Positions 53,937 to 63,548 of a stretch of DNA of 64,000 bases are shown piece by piece; the stretch's first letter is position 1, and every line of letters starts with the position of its first letter. The stretch is from the NCBI GenBank assembly GCA_003598055.1, contig QZKI01000121.1, forward strand, positions 7,102-71,101. The letters are read 5' to 3'. The position numbers and the translations under genes are program-made. A model generated the notes under the pieces. That model was not told the DNA's origin and did not search any database. It worked only from the letters and a program-made list of their open reading frames with translations. This DNA is from Candidatus Abyssobacteria bacterium SURF_17 (GTDB taxonomy: Bacteria; Abyssobacteria; SURF-5).

Positions 53937-53978
53937 GCACTTCAGCCATCTCCCGCAAAAGTCAAGAATTCGTTTTCA
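53937..53978 (-). repeat. 42-bp conserved motif B (81% identical to 10707-10748), spanning the stop codon of a small minus-strand ORF
   Basis: gcacttcagccatctcccgcaaaagtcaagaattcgttttca. On the minus strand it encodes ...LTFAGDG followed by TGA AGTGC. Confidence 0.6.
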
Positions 53979-54138
53979 ACTCTGCATATCCGGAGGTTGT
54001 TCCTGCGGCCGACAATGGAGTGTTCGCGAAATGGACGAATGTGTCTGTTCATCGTGAGGCGGGAGGCCGGCATTTCAGAATGAAGACAGGAGAAACGCTC
54101 GAAGAGAAGTGAGCCATCGGCTCTCTTTCTCTCCCCCA

Positions 54139-55275
54139 TCAAGCCAGCGTTTTTTTAAATCTTCGCGTTGCGAGCCAGAGGGTGATGAGTCCCATCACGG
54201 CGAGGGCGAGCATCTGCGGCCAGAGAACGGATGGCCCGACTCCCTTGAGGAAAATTCCTCGGATAATCACGAGGAAGTACCGCAGCGGATTAAGATAGGT
54301 GAACCACTGGATGATGACAGGCATGTTCCTGATGGGGAACATGAAGCCGGAGAGAAGCACCGCCGGAAAATAGAAGAAGAACGTGCTCATCATCGCCTGC
54401 TGTTGTGTATGACTGACGGTGGAAATGAGCAGGCCGACGCCGAGCGTGGTCATCAAGTACAGCGCGGTCGCGGCGAACAACAACGCCAGATTGCCGCGAA
54501 TGGGCACGCCGAACCAGAAAACTCCAATTACCGTGATGAGTATCACGTCCGCAAAGCCGATGAGGGCAAACGGAACGGTCTTTCCGAGAATGAACTCGCC
54601 CGATGTTATAGGCGTCACAATAATCTGCTCCATCGTCCCGATTTCCTTCTCTCGCACGACCGCCATGCTCGTGAGCATAAGCGTGATGAGCATGACAATG
54701 ATGGCGATGACGCCGGGCACGTAGAAGTTGCGGCTTTCGAGATTCTCGTTGAACCACGCCCGCGTCTCGAGCTCGACGCGCGCAGGCTCTTCATACATCC
54801 CCTTCAGCCGCGTGAGCCGTGTGATGAGCACTTTTTGAGAAAATTGCGAGGCGATTCGAGAGCTGTAGTCGAGCACGATTCCGGCAGTATTCGAATCGGT
54901 CCCATCAACAATCACCTGAAGCTGGGCCGTGCGCCCGGCGCGCAGGTCATCCTCGAATCCATAATTGATGCGCAGTACGGCGTTTACCTTGCCGCGGTCC
55001 ACGAGTTCGCGCGCGCGCCGTTCCTCGCCCACATATTCGACGATGTCGAAGTAGCCGGACTTGACGAATCGCGCCACAAGCTCACGGCTGGCGACGCTGT
55101 TATCGAGGTCATAGACTGCGGTGGCAACATGCTTGACGTCGGTTGTTACAGCGTATCCGAACACAAGCACCTGAATGATAGGCATCATGAAAATGACGCC
55201 TTTCATTTTGGGGTCGCGAAAGACCTGTATGAATTCTTTGATGAGCATGTGCTTGATTCGTTCAAACATGGTCAC
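54139..55275 (-). CDS. ABC-2-family transporter permease (YhhJ/YbhS-like)
   Basis: N-terminal IKEFIQVFRDPKMKGVIFMMPIIQVLVFGYA, a large periplasmic loop, then six TM segments typical of ABC-2 permeases. Confidence 0.85.
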   Translation of the reverse strand: MTMFERIKHMLIKEFIQVFRDPKMKGVIFMMPIIQVLVFGYAVTTDVKHVATAVYDLDNSVASRELVARFVKSGYFDIVEYVGEERRARELVDRGKVNAVLRINYGFEDDLRAGRTAQLQVIVDGTDSNTAGIVLDYSSRIASQFSQKVLITRLTRLKGMYEEPARVELETRAWFNENLESRNFYVPGVIAIIVMLITLMLTSMAVVREKEIGTMEQIIVTPITSGEFILGKTVPFALIGFADVILITVIGVFWFGVPIRGNLALLFAATALYLMTTLGVGLLISTVSHTQQQAMMSTFFFYFPAVLLSGFMFPIRNMPVIIQWFTYLNPLRYFLVIIRGIFLKGVGPSVLWPQMLALAVMGLITLWLATRRFKKTLA

Positions 55276-56405
55276 ACCAGCTTTTTCTTGAATGTGAGAT
55301 TTGCCAGCAACACCATGAAGATGCCGAACACGGTCAGCAACGCGGCTTCAAGTGCTAGAATCTCGAGGCCGACTCCTTTGAGATAGACGCCCTTGAGCAG
55401 CGTGACAAAATATCGTGCCGGTATCAGGTGCGTCATGACTTGAATCGGCCTTGGCATATTGCTGATGGCGTACATGAATCCCGACAGCAAGAATGACGGC
55501 AGGAACGTGAGCACCATCGCCAGCTGACTCGCCAGGAGCTGGCTCTTCGTCACGATGCTTATCACCATTCCGAGCGCCAAAGCCCCTACGAGGAAAATCG
55601 CCGCCAGCCCGAACAGAAGGGCGACATTTCCTCTGAGGGGGACATGAAACAGGAATTCCCCCATGAGCACTGCAATGAGCACATCCACCATGCCGATGAG
55701 GAAATATGGCAGAAGCTTGCCGAGAATGAGTTCGTGCCCCTTGACCGGCGTTGAGATAAGCTGCTCCATCGTGCCTCGCTCCCACTCGCGCGCGACGGTC
55801 AGCGAGGTGAGCAAAGCCGCAATCACCATCATGATGACCGCGATGAGTCCGGGGATAATGTAATTGCGCGATTCCATATCGGCGTTGAACCACGCGCGGG
55901 GCCGGAAATCGAGCGGCTCATTCAGCTCGAGTCCGCCGAGCCGCTGAATCTCGCGAAGCGCCACATTTTGGGAATACGTCGAGGCAATCACATTTGCATA
56001 ACCAATCGCGATGGTCGCCGTGTTCGAATCGCTTCCATCAACGATGAGCTGCACGGCGGCCACACGGTTGGAATCAACGTGCCCTGCAAAGTCGGGAGGA
56101 ATGATGAAAGCCATGAGCGCCTCACCGGAGTCAATGGCGCGTTCCACCTCGCGATAGTTGCGCACGTATCCCTTGAGCGAGAAGTAGGAGGAACCGCCGA
56201 AACCACTGATGAATTCGCGGCTGGCGTGCGATTCGTTCTGGTCCCAGATGACCATCGGCACGTTATCCACATCAAGTGTGAGCGCATAGCCGAACAACAC
56301 GAGCAGCAGCATAGGAATGGCAATTGCCATACCGAGGCTCCTCGGGTCGCGAAAGATGTGGATGAACTCTTTCCGGGAGACGGCCCAGACTCGCATCGGT
56401 TTCAT
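55272..56405 (-). CDS. ABC-2-family transporter permease (paralogue)
   Basis: Same architecture as 54139-55275. Stop and start overlap. Confidence 0.85.
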   Translation of the reverse strand: MKPMRVWAVSRKEFIHIFRDPRSLGMAIAIPMLLLVLFGYALTLDVDNVPMVIWDQNESHASREFISGFGGSSYFSLKGYVRNYREVERAIDSGEALMAFIIPPDFAGHVDSNRVAAVQLIVDGSDSNTATIAIGYANVIASTYSQNVALREIQRLGGLELNEPLDFRPRAWFNADMESRNYIIPGLIAVIMMVIAALLTSLTVAREWERGTMEQLISTPVKGHELILGKLLPYFLIGMVDVLIAVLMGEFLFHVPLRGNVALLFGLAAIFLVGALALGMVISIVTKSQLLASQLAMVLTFLPSFLLSGFMYAISNMPRPIQVMTHLIPARYFVTLLKGVYLKGVGLEILALEAALLTVFGIFMVLLANLTFKKKLV

Positions 56406-57376
56406 CGTTTCACCTCCTCTTGAGGCTGTTCGGCCCGGTCGCGCGCTTCGATAAGCGAGACAAACACGTCTTCGAGCGAAGGAACAATCCTTTCGATGCG
56501 CGTCGGCTTGTAGCCCTGTCTCTCGAGAAGGTCCCTCACCGCATGCGCGGCTTCATCTCCGTTTTCGGCAACGAGGTGCAGTCCTTTCCCGAACAAAGCG
56601 ATTTCTTTTATGCCTGCTACTTTCTCAATCTCGCCCATTGCGTCTTGAGGCCGCTCGCAGAGGACTTCGAGGACTTCATCCTTCATGAGTTCGGTCTTGA
56701 GCGTTTGCGGCGAGCCGACCGCAATCAGCTCGCCTCGGTAGATAAGACCTAACCGGTCGCAGTATTCGGCTTCGTCCATGTAGTGAGTTGTCACGAAGAC
56801 GGTCACGCCTTTGGCGGAAAGCTCATATATCAAATCCCAAAATTGTCTGCGGCTGATCGGGTCTACGCCCGAGGTCGGTTCGTCGAGAAATATGATTGGC
56901 GGCTCGTGCAAAATGGCGCACCCGAGTGAGAGCCGCTGCTTCCAGCCGCCCGAGAGCACGGCAGTGCGCGAGTGACGATGTTCCTCAAGCCCAGCCATCT
57001 CGATGACCCATTCTTTCCTTTCTTTCCGCTTCGCGGGTGGGATGCGATAGATGCCGCTGTAGAAATCGATATTCTCTTCCACGGTCAAGTCTTCATACAA
57101 CGAGAATTTCTGGCTCATGTATCCGATGTGTGCTTTTATGTTCTCCGCTTCGGTTCGGATGTCGAATCCAGCAACCGTGCCGGCGCCTCCGGTTGGGGAC
57201 AGGATGCCGCAGAGCATGCGGATGGTCGTTGATTTCCCCGCACCATTCGGCCCGAGAAATCCGAAAATCTCTCCTCTGGGAACATCGAACGTGACGCGGT
57301 TTACGGCCACGAAGCTGCCGAAACGTTTTTCGAGGTCTTTCACGACAACGGCCTTTTCGCTATTATTCTTTATCAT
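56402..57376 (-). CDS. ABC transporter ATP-binding protein
   Basis: RBS ggagg then ATG at 57376. Walker A GPNGAGKSTT, signature LSGGWKQRLSL and Walker B IFLDEPTSGVD. Confidence 0.9.
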   Translation of the reverse strand: MIKNNSEKAVVVKDLEKRFGSFVAVNRVTFDVPRGEIFGFLGPNGAGKSTTIRMLCGILSPTGGAGTVAGFDIRTEAENIKAHIGYMSQKFSLYEDLTVEENIDFYSGIYRIPPAKRKERKEWVIEMAGLEEHRHSRTAVLSGGWKQRLSLGCAILHEPPIIFLDEPTSGVDPISRRQFWDLIYELSAKGVTVFVTTHYMDEAEYCDRLGLIYRGELIAVGSPQTLKTELMKDEVLEVLCERPQDAMGEIEKVAGIKEIALFGKGLHLVAENGDEAAHAVRDLLERQGYKPTRIERIVPSLEDVFVSLIEARDRAEQPQEEVKR

Positions 57377-58307
57377 GGCGGCCTCCTTCCCCTTTTGCGG
57401 CGAGGACCGACACGAACACATCTTCGAGGCTGGCCTCGATGGGCTTAATTGCGGTGACGGAAATGCCTTCTTCGGCAAGAATCGTTTGCGCTCGCACTCC
57501 GGCTTCCTCGGGTTCTCGTGTGGCGACGTGGACACGGTCGCCAAAAAGACCGACAGACTCGGCCTCAAGCCGTTGACGAAGCAACGCCTGGGCAGCGCGC
57601 GGCTGAGATGCGCGCACCTCCAGTATTGTGCCGCTCATGAGTTTTTTCACCCCGTCCGGCGTATCGCAGGCCAGCAATGTGCCTTTATGAATGAGTCCGA
57701 CTCGGCTGCAGCGTTCGGCCTCGTCGAGATATGCCGTCGAAACGAAGATGGTGACCCCTTCGCGGACGAGCTGATAGAGAATGCGCCAGAAGTCGCGGCG
57801 CGAGACCGGGTCCACGCCATTGGTCGGCTCATCGAGGAACAGCACCTTCGGCGTGTGGATGAGTGCGCAGGCCAGGCCAAGTTTCTGCTTCATCCCACCG
57901 GAAAGATTTCCCGCGAGGCGCTTCTTGAACGGAGTCAGATTGCTGAAAGCAAGCAGTTTGTCAACTTTCTTTTCGCGACCCTTTCGCGGCACGCCGTAGA
58001 TGTCGCCATAGAAATCGATATTCTCGGAAACAGTGAGGTCCGGATACAGCCCAAACCTCTGGCTCATGTAGCCTATCTTTTCCTTGATGGCCTCGGCCTC
58101 TTTGACAATATGGTGGCCTGCAACCCAGGCGTCGCCTGATGACGGCTCCATAATCGAGGTCAACAGTCGCATGGTCGTGGTCTTGCCGGCTCCATCCGGA
58201 CCAACGAGCCCGAAGATTTCGCCTTCGGCGACCTCGAACGTGAGGCCGTCAACCGCGACCGTGCCGACAAAGCTCTTTGCAAGCGCCTGCGTCTCTATGG
58301 CATTCAT
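57363..58307 (-). CDS. ABC transporter ATP-binding protein (second NBD gene)
   Basis: Walker A GPDGAGKTTT, signature LSGGMKQKLGL and Walker B LFLDEPTNGVD. Confidence 0.9.
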   Translation of the reverse strand: MNAIETQALAKSFVGTVAVDGLTFEVAEGEIFGLVGPDGAGKTTTMRLLTSIMEPSSGDAWVAGHHIVKEAEAIKEKIGYMSQRFGLYPDLTVSENIDFYGDIYGVPRKGREKKVDKLLAFSNLTPFKKRLAGNLSGGMKQKLGLACALIHTPKVLFLDEPTNGVDPVSRRDFWRILYQLVREGVTIFVSTAYLDEAERCSRVGLIHKGTLLACDTPDGVKKLMSGTILEVRASQPRAAQALLRQRLEAESVGLFGDRVHVATREPEEAGVRAQTILAEEGISVTAIKPIEASLEDVFVSVLAAKGEGGRHDKE

Positions 58308-59467
58308 TGCCGGCCTTCCTCTGTCACTACGATATCTGCATCGGCGGGCATTCCCGGCTTCAGTTCCATATTTGGATTCGGGATATCAATCTTGATGCGA
58401 TACACGAGCTTCACGCGTTCTTTCTCTGTTTGAACGTTCTTTGGCGTGAATTCCGCCTCCGACGCAATGAAGGAGACATACCCCTGATACACTTTATCCG
58501 GATACGTATCGGCCGTCACGCGCACAGGCTGGCCGACCTTCACCCGGCCAAGGTCGCTTTCATTGACGTATGCCCGCAGCCATACATTCTGAAGGTCTCC
58601 AACCGTGACAACCGGCGTGCCGGAGGCGACATACTCCCCCGCCTCGACATTCTCGGAAAGCACAACGCCGGAAAGCGGCGATACAAGAGAGGCATAGCCC
58701 AAGCGCGTCTCAGCGAGCCCGAGCGTTTGTCTCGCTTGTTCAACTCGGGCGCGCGCTTGCTCGATGGTCTCCTCACGCGGCCCTTTCTTTACCAGTAGAT
58801 ATCGCTCGTTCACTTCCGCCAGCGCCGCGCGCGCCTGCTCGATTTCCTCCGCACGCGGCCCTTCCCGCACGAGTTCCAGATGCTCGTTCGTTTCCTTCAA
58901 CCTTGCCGAAGCGACCTCATGAGAAGCCATGGCAAGGTCGAACTGCTGGGCAGCAATAATCCCATTGTCGTGGAGATACTTCTGCCGCTCGAACTCGGCC
59001 TTCTGGCGCTCTGCCTCCGCTCTGGCTTGTCGCACCGTGGCTTCCGCCACGGCGACCTCCTGCGCCCTTGAGCCGGCGAGCAGTTCATCGAGTCGCGCTC
59101 GGGCTCTTCGGGCGGAGGCCTCAGCCTGGGCTATTTCCTCGGGCCGCGACCCGGCCTCGAACTCGGCGAGCTGCGCCTTAGCCGCCTGCAATTCGGCTTT
59201 GCGCACACCTGTCTCGCGCTCAAGCTCAGCGCTGTCCAGTTGAGCCACGCGCTGACCCGCATATATGGTTTGCCCTTCAGATACGAGTCGGGACTCGACC
59301 CTGCCCGGGATTTTGAAACTCACTTCTGCGTCCGTCACCTCGATATTGCCGGATACCCGGATCACACCGACCTCGTCATCCGACCTGGTGAGATATCGCG
59401 TGGAAATGATCAAGCCGACGATAATCAAGGGCACCAAGACAATGAGTTTTCTCTTCCTTGGTATCAT
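58304..59467 (-). CDS. HlyD-family periplasmic adaptor (membrane fusion protein)
   Basis: RBS aagggagg then ATG at 59467. N-terminal TM anchor, long coiled-coil (AELQAAKAQLAEFEAG...) and a beta-barrel/lipoyl-like C-terminus. Confidence 0.85.
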   Translation of the reverse strand: MIPRKRKLIVLVPLIIVGLIISTRYLTRSDDEVGVIRVSGNIEVTDAEVSFKIPGRVESRLVSEGQTIYAGQRVAQLDSAELERETGVRKAELQAAKAQLAEFEAGSRPEEIAQAEASARRARARLDELLAGSRAQEVAVAEATVRQARAEAERQKAEFERQKYLHDNGIIAAQQFDLAMASHEVASARLKETNEHLELVREGPRAEEIEQARAALAEVNERYLLVKKGPREETIEQARARVEQARQTLGLAETRLGYASLVSPLSGVVLSENVEAGEYVASGTPVVTVGDLQNVWLRAYVNESDLGRVKVGQPVRVTADTYPDKVYQGYVSFIASEAEFTPKNVQTEKERVKLVYRIKIDIPNPNMELKPGMPADADIVVTEEGRQ

Positions 59468-59573
59468 GATCGCACCTCCCTTCATGTGAATACTCATTCA
59501 CATTTCGCTCACAATAAACCGCCTCGCAAAGCTTCCCTCGTGACCTCAGCCGCGTTGGGTTGCTTAAAGCACA

Positions 59574-60212
59574 TCAGTGCTCATGAGCAACTTCTTTGGC
59601 AGCCTCCCCGGCAGGTTCGTGATGCACTGCGGAAGTGGTCGCATCGAGATGCAGCCGCTCGACGTAATGGACGAACTCGACGTAAGCCGCCACAAATTCG
59701 CGCCCGGCCTTAACGCTTTCCGATGCGGTCTTTTTCTTTTCGAGAGCCTTATGAAATCGCACCTGAATGCCTGTCACCACTTCATTCGTAAGCATGACCA
59801 CGACTGAGTCAATTTCACCGGTTTCGAGCGCTTTATCGGCGCCCACGACTGCGGGTCCAAGGTTTAGGCCGGCGGGTTTCAAGCCTGTATATGGTGCTCC
59901 CTCACCCGCCCGGTGAATCCGAACGAGCGTCTCAAAGAAATACATGTCAGCAAGCTGTTTCGCTTCCGGCCCCTTGGTCCGTACGACCAGCGTTTTTTCA
60001 AACGCATCACGAATTTCCGCCTCGTGCTCCGGTTTCACCCACTTGAGGACGGGCGTGACATCCTTTTGCTCCAGTGCCGCTTTGGCCTCAGCTACGACAG
60101 GGCCGTCAAGCGTGTCACAATGCGCAAACGCTGCCTCCGACAGAAAGAGTCCAAACGCCGTGCCGACACAAGCGATTGCCAAAATGCTGATAAAACCAAT
60201 CCGTACGTTCAT
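59574..60212 (-). CDS. Secreted hypothetical protein (DUF6448-like?)
   Basis: RBS aaggagg then ATG at 60212. Signal peptide MNVRIGFISILAIACVGTAFG followed by the HCDTLDGPVV motif. Confidence 0.5.
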   Translation of the reverse strand: MNVRIGFISILAIACVGTAFGLFLSEAAFAHCDTLDGPVVAEAKAALEQKDVTPVLKWVKPEHEAEIRDAFEKTLVVRTKGPEAKQLADMYFFETLVRIHRAGEGAPYTGLKPAGLNLGPAVVGADKALETGEIDSVVVMLTNEVVTGIQVRFHKALEKKKTASESVKAGREFVAAYVEFVHYVERLHLDATTSAVHHEPAGEAAKEVAHEH

Positions 60213-60228
60213 CCTAGTCCTCCTTCGT

Positions 60229-60870
60229 TCAGTTTCTGCGTGCCGAGTCATGAGTCCCATCACATGGTCCAACTTTCGCTTGAATCGCATCATGAAACAA
60301 CTTCCACGCCTTCTCCCCATGCTTCGTTACATCGAACGCGCCATCGCTCATTTGCCAGAGGATGGCCGCGGGTTGAATCATGCCGAGGAACATCATGGAA
60401 ACAGTCGCCGGTTCGACATCCGGGCGGATTACACCTTGCTCCTGCCCCTGAGCCACAATTTCGGCTATCTTCGCGAGGTATCGCTGAATCATATCGTACA
60501 AGCGTCTCCTCCTGGCGGGATTGTCAGCATGGGCATCTTCCGAGAACACGACACGAATTGCCCCCTGATTCTCACGGATAAATATGATATGCAACTTCAG
60601 AAGGAGATTCAACCGCTCAAGGGCATCCGTGCTTTGCTCGCACACAGCCTTCACATTCTCCAGGAGTCGGTCTCCAATGAGGTCGAGCACAGCATCAAGG
60701 ATTTCGTCCTTGCTCGCGAAATGACGATAGAGAGCCGAGGGGACCAGACCGATTGTCCGAGCCACGCGGCCCATGCTGAGTTTCTTGATGCCGTGGGTCG
60801 CGATTAGCCCGAATGCCACCTGTGCGATCTGCTCCTTGCGTATCTCTGTGGTGAGTTTTTCGGTGCTCAT
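60229..60870 (-). CDS. TetR/AcrR-family transcriptional regulator
   Basis: N-terminal HTH IAQVAFGLIATHGIKKLSMGRVARTIGLVPSALYRHF. First gene of the efflux operon. Confidence 0.85.
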   Translation of the reverse strand: MSTEKLTTEIRKEQIAQVAFGLIATHGIKKLSMGRVARTIGLVPSALYRHFASKDEILDAVLDLIGDRLLENVKAVCEQSTDALERLNLLLKLHIIFIRENQGAIRVVFSEDAHADNPARRRRLYDMIQRYLAKIAEIVAQGQEQGVIRPDVEPATVSMMFLGMIQPAAILWQMSDGAFDVTKHGEKAWKLFHDAIQAKVGPCDGTHDSARRN

Positions 60871-60882
60871 GATGCTCTCCTT

Positions 60883-60900
60883 TGTGAATGCCTATTCACA
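60883..60900. promoter_or_regulatory. Putative TetR operator: TGTGAAT-N4-ATTCACA perfect palindrome 13 bp upstream of the tetR start
   Basis: tgtgaatgcctattcaca at 60883-60900, read from the sequence. Confidence 0.55.
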
Positions 60901-61166
60901 CTATAGCACACCTTTGAGGAATTGTCAAGAGACAAAGGCATAATTTCCCGAGCACCTATAACAAATTTGCTGGTAATTAGTTACATAGGTCTAATGTTGT
61001 CGATAATAGATTAGAATATGAGCCTACTCCTTATGTTTTGCTGCCTTACCATGTGCATACAAAATCACATTATCTATCGGATGACTGAGAAAGAGCCTCT
61101 TTGACAAGGCAAACCAGAAAAGCATGAGAGAGGCAAGAAACAGCTGCTCATGGGTGTGAGCAGAAC

Positions 61167-61511
61167 TCATCCCGATTTGGCAATGAGTTTCTTGAGGAGA
61201 AAGCGGTGACAGCGGTTTCCCTCCCGACAACTACAGAGAAGTGTGATCGTCTCTTTGTTGGCACGCTCGGCAAGCTCTGCGATTTTGCCCTGTTGCTCCC
61301 GCATCGCCGTTCGGTATCGCTTCGAGAATTCGGCCCACGTGATAGCCCCACTCTTCCAGTCCTTGATGAGGTCTTTCGGAGCGCCGAGTTCCTTTTCCCA
61401 TCCGTCGACTCTATCTTTACGGACGCCACGCGGCCAGAAACGCATGACAAGAAGGCGGAACCCATCGTCCGGTTCCGCCTCGTCATAAACACATTTCGTC
61501 TTTACGGACAT
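61167..61511 (-). CDS. DUF488-family protein
   Basis: VYDEAEPDDGFRLLVMRFWPRGVRKDRVDGWEKELGAP matches the DUF488 pattern (RxYD.P...DG.RIL.DR.WPRGxxK). Confidence 0.75.
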   Translation of the reverse strand: MSVKTKCVYDEAEPDDGFRLLVMRFWPRGVRKDRVDGWEKELGAPKDLIKDWKSGAITWAEFSKRYRTAMREQQGKIAELAERANKETITLLCSCREGNRCHRFLLKKLIAKSG

Positions 61512-61635
61512 TGAGAAAACCTTGCCTTAACGAAATTTTGGGTTTTCGATTGTGGGTTTCGGATTGTGGTTCCGGATAGATTACTTCCTGCGTGTGGTCA
61601 ATGACCTCTAACTTCAGTATACAGTTTCTCCTACG

Positions 61636-62673
61636 TTACTTCACATACGCATACACCGGGATTTCGAGGAGCTTCTGTTCGCGGTCGTTCGTCTCGACGA
61701 GCAGCTTGCCGGAGAATGCGCCTTTGGGCGGCTTTGACGTGAGCGAGACGGTCACCTGATACCTGTTTAGCGTCCCTTCCCTGCTGATCTTGTATGAGAT
61801 AAGCGGGTTCGATGCTTCCACTTTGGTCAGCTCGAAATTCGACGTGTCGGTTGAGTAGATACGTATGCTTCGCGTCGGCACCACGTCGTGCTCGATGACT
61901 CCCAGCGAAACGGAATCAGGAACGGCTTTGACCGCCCCGACAACCTTCCCCCTCAACGCCACCTCCAGTCTCTTATGATTCGGCTGATTGGTCTCGACAA
62001 TAAGCCTTTCAATGAAGTTGCCTACCGGAAGGCTCCCGTCATATTTGATGTCGATGTCGTAGCCCGGAAATTCCGCGTCCGCTTTAGGCCGGGCGGAAGC
62101 CGTGAACGCTGGCGCAGTGGTGTGCAGATTCTCGATTTTCAGCTTCAGGTCAGGTTGATAGAAAATCTGAATAGTCCGCATCGAGGCCATGTTCTTCTCA
62201 GCAACCCAATAGAGCGTGCGCGGTCTGACCTCCAGGGGCACGACCACCTTCGCGGAAATGTGCAACTCCGTTGAGGGCATCTTGGGGTCATTGGAATGCA
62301 CGAAGATTGATTTTTTCTTTTCGCCGCCGGAAGCGCCCGAGCTGAAGGTTACCTCGATATTGCCTTCTTCACCCGGCGCAAGCTCTTTCTTGGATAGCAG
62401 TGTGCCGGTGCAGCCGCAGGTAGCTTTTACGTCATTTATGATGAGCGTAGCATCGCCGGCATTCTTGAACGTGAACGTGTGCTTCGCTGTCTCCTGCTGG
62501 CCCATTGTTCCGAAGTCATGCTCAGTTTCGGCAAAGACGATTTGCGGCGATTTTCCGGTTTGCTGCTGGGTATTCTCCGATTGGGAAAACGCGGGGAGAA
62601 CACCTATAATCGTGCACAGAACAATTGCCAACGCCCATGCGCCCTTGGACAGAATGAAAGAACGTTTCATCAC
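61636..62673 (-). CDS. Secreted protein with repeated DUF1573 domains
   Basis: Signal peptide. First repeat has HDFGTM...FTFKNAGDATLIINDVKATCGCT, the DUF1573 FDFG ... CGCT signature. Two further beta-sandwich-sized repeats follow. Confidence 0.7.
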   Translation of the reverse strand: MMKRSFILSKGAWALAIVLCTIIGVLPAFSQSENTQQQTGKSPQIVFAETEHDFGTMGQQETAKHTFTFKNAGDATLIINDVKATCGCTGTLLSKKELAPGEEGNIEVTFSSGASGGEKKKSIFVHSNDPKMPSTELHISAKVVVPLEVRPRTLYWVAEKNMASMRTIQIFYQPDLKLKIENLHTTAPAFTASARPKADAEFPGYDIDIKYDGSLPVGNFIERLIVETNQPNHKRLEVALRGKVVGAVKAVPDSVSLGVIEHDVVPTRSIRIYSTDTSNFELTKVEASNPLISYKISREGTLNRYQVTVSLTSKPPKGAFSGKLLVETNDREQKLLEIPVYAYVK

Positions 62674-62693
62674 TAAACCCCTCCTTGAACGAG

Positions 62694-63548
62694 TTACCGA
62701 TTTGGGCGGACCTGCCTTTTCACTGTCCGCCTCTGCTGCTCTGCGATATATCGCAAGATCCTATCTATACCTTTCTTATACTCGATTTCTGAATCCACCT
62801 CGATGAATTGCACGCCGAAAAAGGCTTCACGAGCCTTTGGCAAACGAAGGCTGAAACAGATTCGACCGAGAAGCGTCACGACTTCGTCATCCGATGGAAT
62901 CTGAAACGACATTCGCACGCGCGTGCCCAGCCCAAGGAGCAAACTCTTGCCCTCAGGCATGCGAAAACCAAGCCCGCCCCCGCCGATGTCCGTCAGAGAC
63001 CCCTTTGCGCGCGCCCGAATCCTCTTTCCGCGTTCATCTCCCGCCAGGATGGCCAACTTGACTTCTCGCGGAGCTTGGTTCGTGACCGACACCCGGTAGA
63101 AGCTCCTCTTTTCTCCAGATGACACACTGTCGGGAATATCGAGCCTAAGAGACGGTACGATGACCGCAGGATTCAATCTGAATTTTCCGCGGCCAGCCAC
63201 TTCACTCTCGAAGGAACGGTTCTGACCGTTGTGGACAAACGAAACTCTCACCTTCTGCCCGGGCCGAAGAGGAACAATGCTGCCTTTCAACGTAGGCGCC
63301 TCAATCACAAACGTGTGGTCTTGAGCGTCTCTGTCGAACTCGAGGAATTTGCTCATATATTCCGACACCGAGCGCTCGCTCAGAACCCGTAACGTGAGTG
63401 AAAGGTTCTGCGAACAGGCAAATGAAAGAACCGATACCGCTTCTGCGGCTTTTTCGTTTTCTGGACTCACAACGGCATAACCTCGATACACTAAATTATA
63501 GCCACTGCAGCCGGAATGTTCAAGCAGTGCCAGTCTTGTCCGAAACAA
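62694..63548 (-). CDS. PilZ-domain protein (c-di-GMP receptor-like); N-terminal boundary uncertain (TTG 63548 or ATG 63356)
   Basis: RxxxR motif (EKRSFYRV) and D/NxSxxG motif (TDIGGGGLGF) in the spacing expected for PilZ. Confidence 0.5.
   Translation of the reverse strand: MFRTRLALLEHSGCSGYNLVYRGYAVVSPENEKAAEAVSVLSFACSQNLSLTLRVLSERSVSEYMSKFLEFDRDAQDHTFVIEAPTLKGSIVPLRPGQKVRVSFVHNGQNRSFESEVAGRGKFRLNPAVIVPSLRLDIPDSVSSGEKRSFYRVSVTNQAPREVKLAILAGDERGKRIRARAKGSLTDIGGGGLGFRMPEGKSLLLGLGTRVRMSFQIPSDDEVVTLLGRICFSLRLPKAREAFFGVQFIEVDSEIEYKKGIDRILRYIAEQQRRTVKRQVRPNR

Noticed and set aside
10707-53978. Motifs A and B as attL/attR of a single 43-kb integrated element
   Set aside because: Identity is only 81%, not the near-exact match expected of att cores. 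The intervening 43 kb holds housekeeping and hydrogenase genes, with no integrase, transposase or other mobile-element hallmarks.
54109-58139. Plus-strand ORFs of 425, 340 and 151 aa antisense to the efflux ABC operon
   Set aside because: Shadow ORFs opposite genes with Walker motifs and ABC-2 permease hydrophobicity. Their translations are His/Arg/Asp low-complexity.
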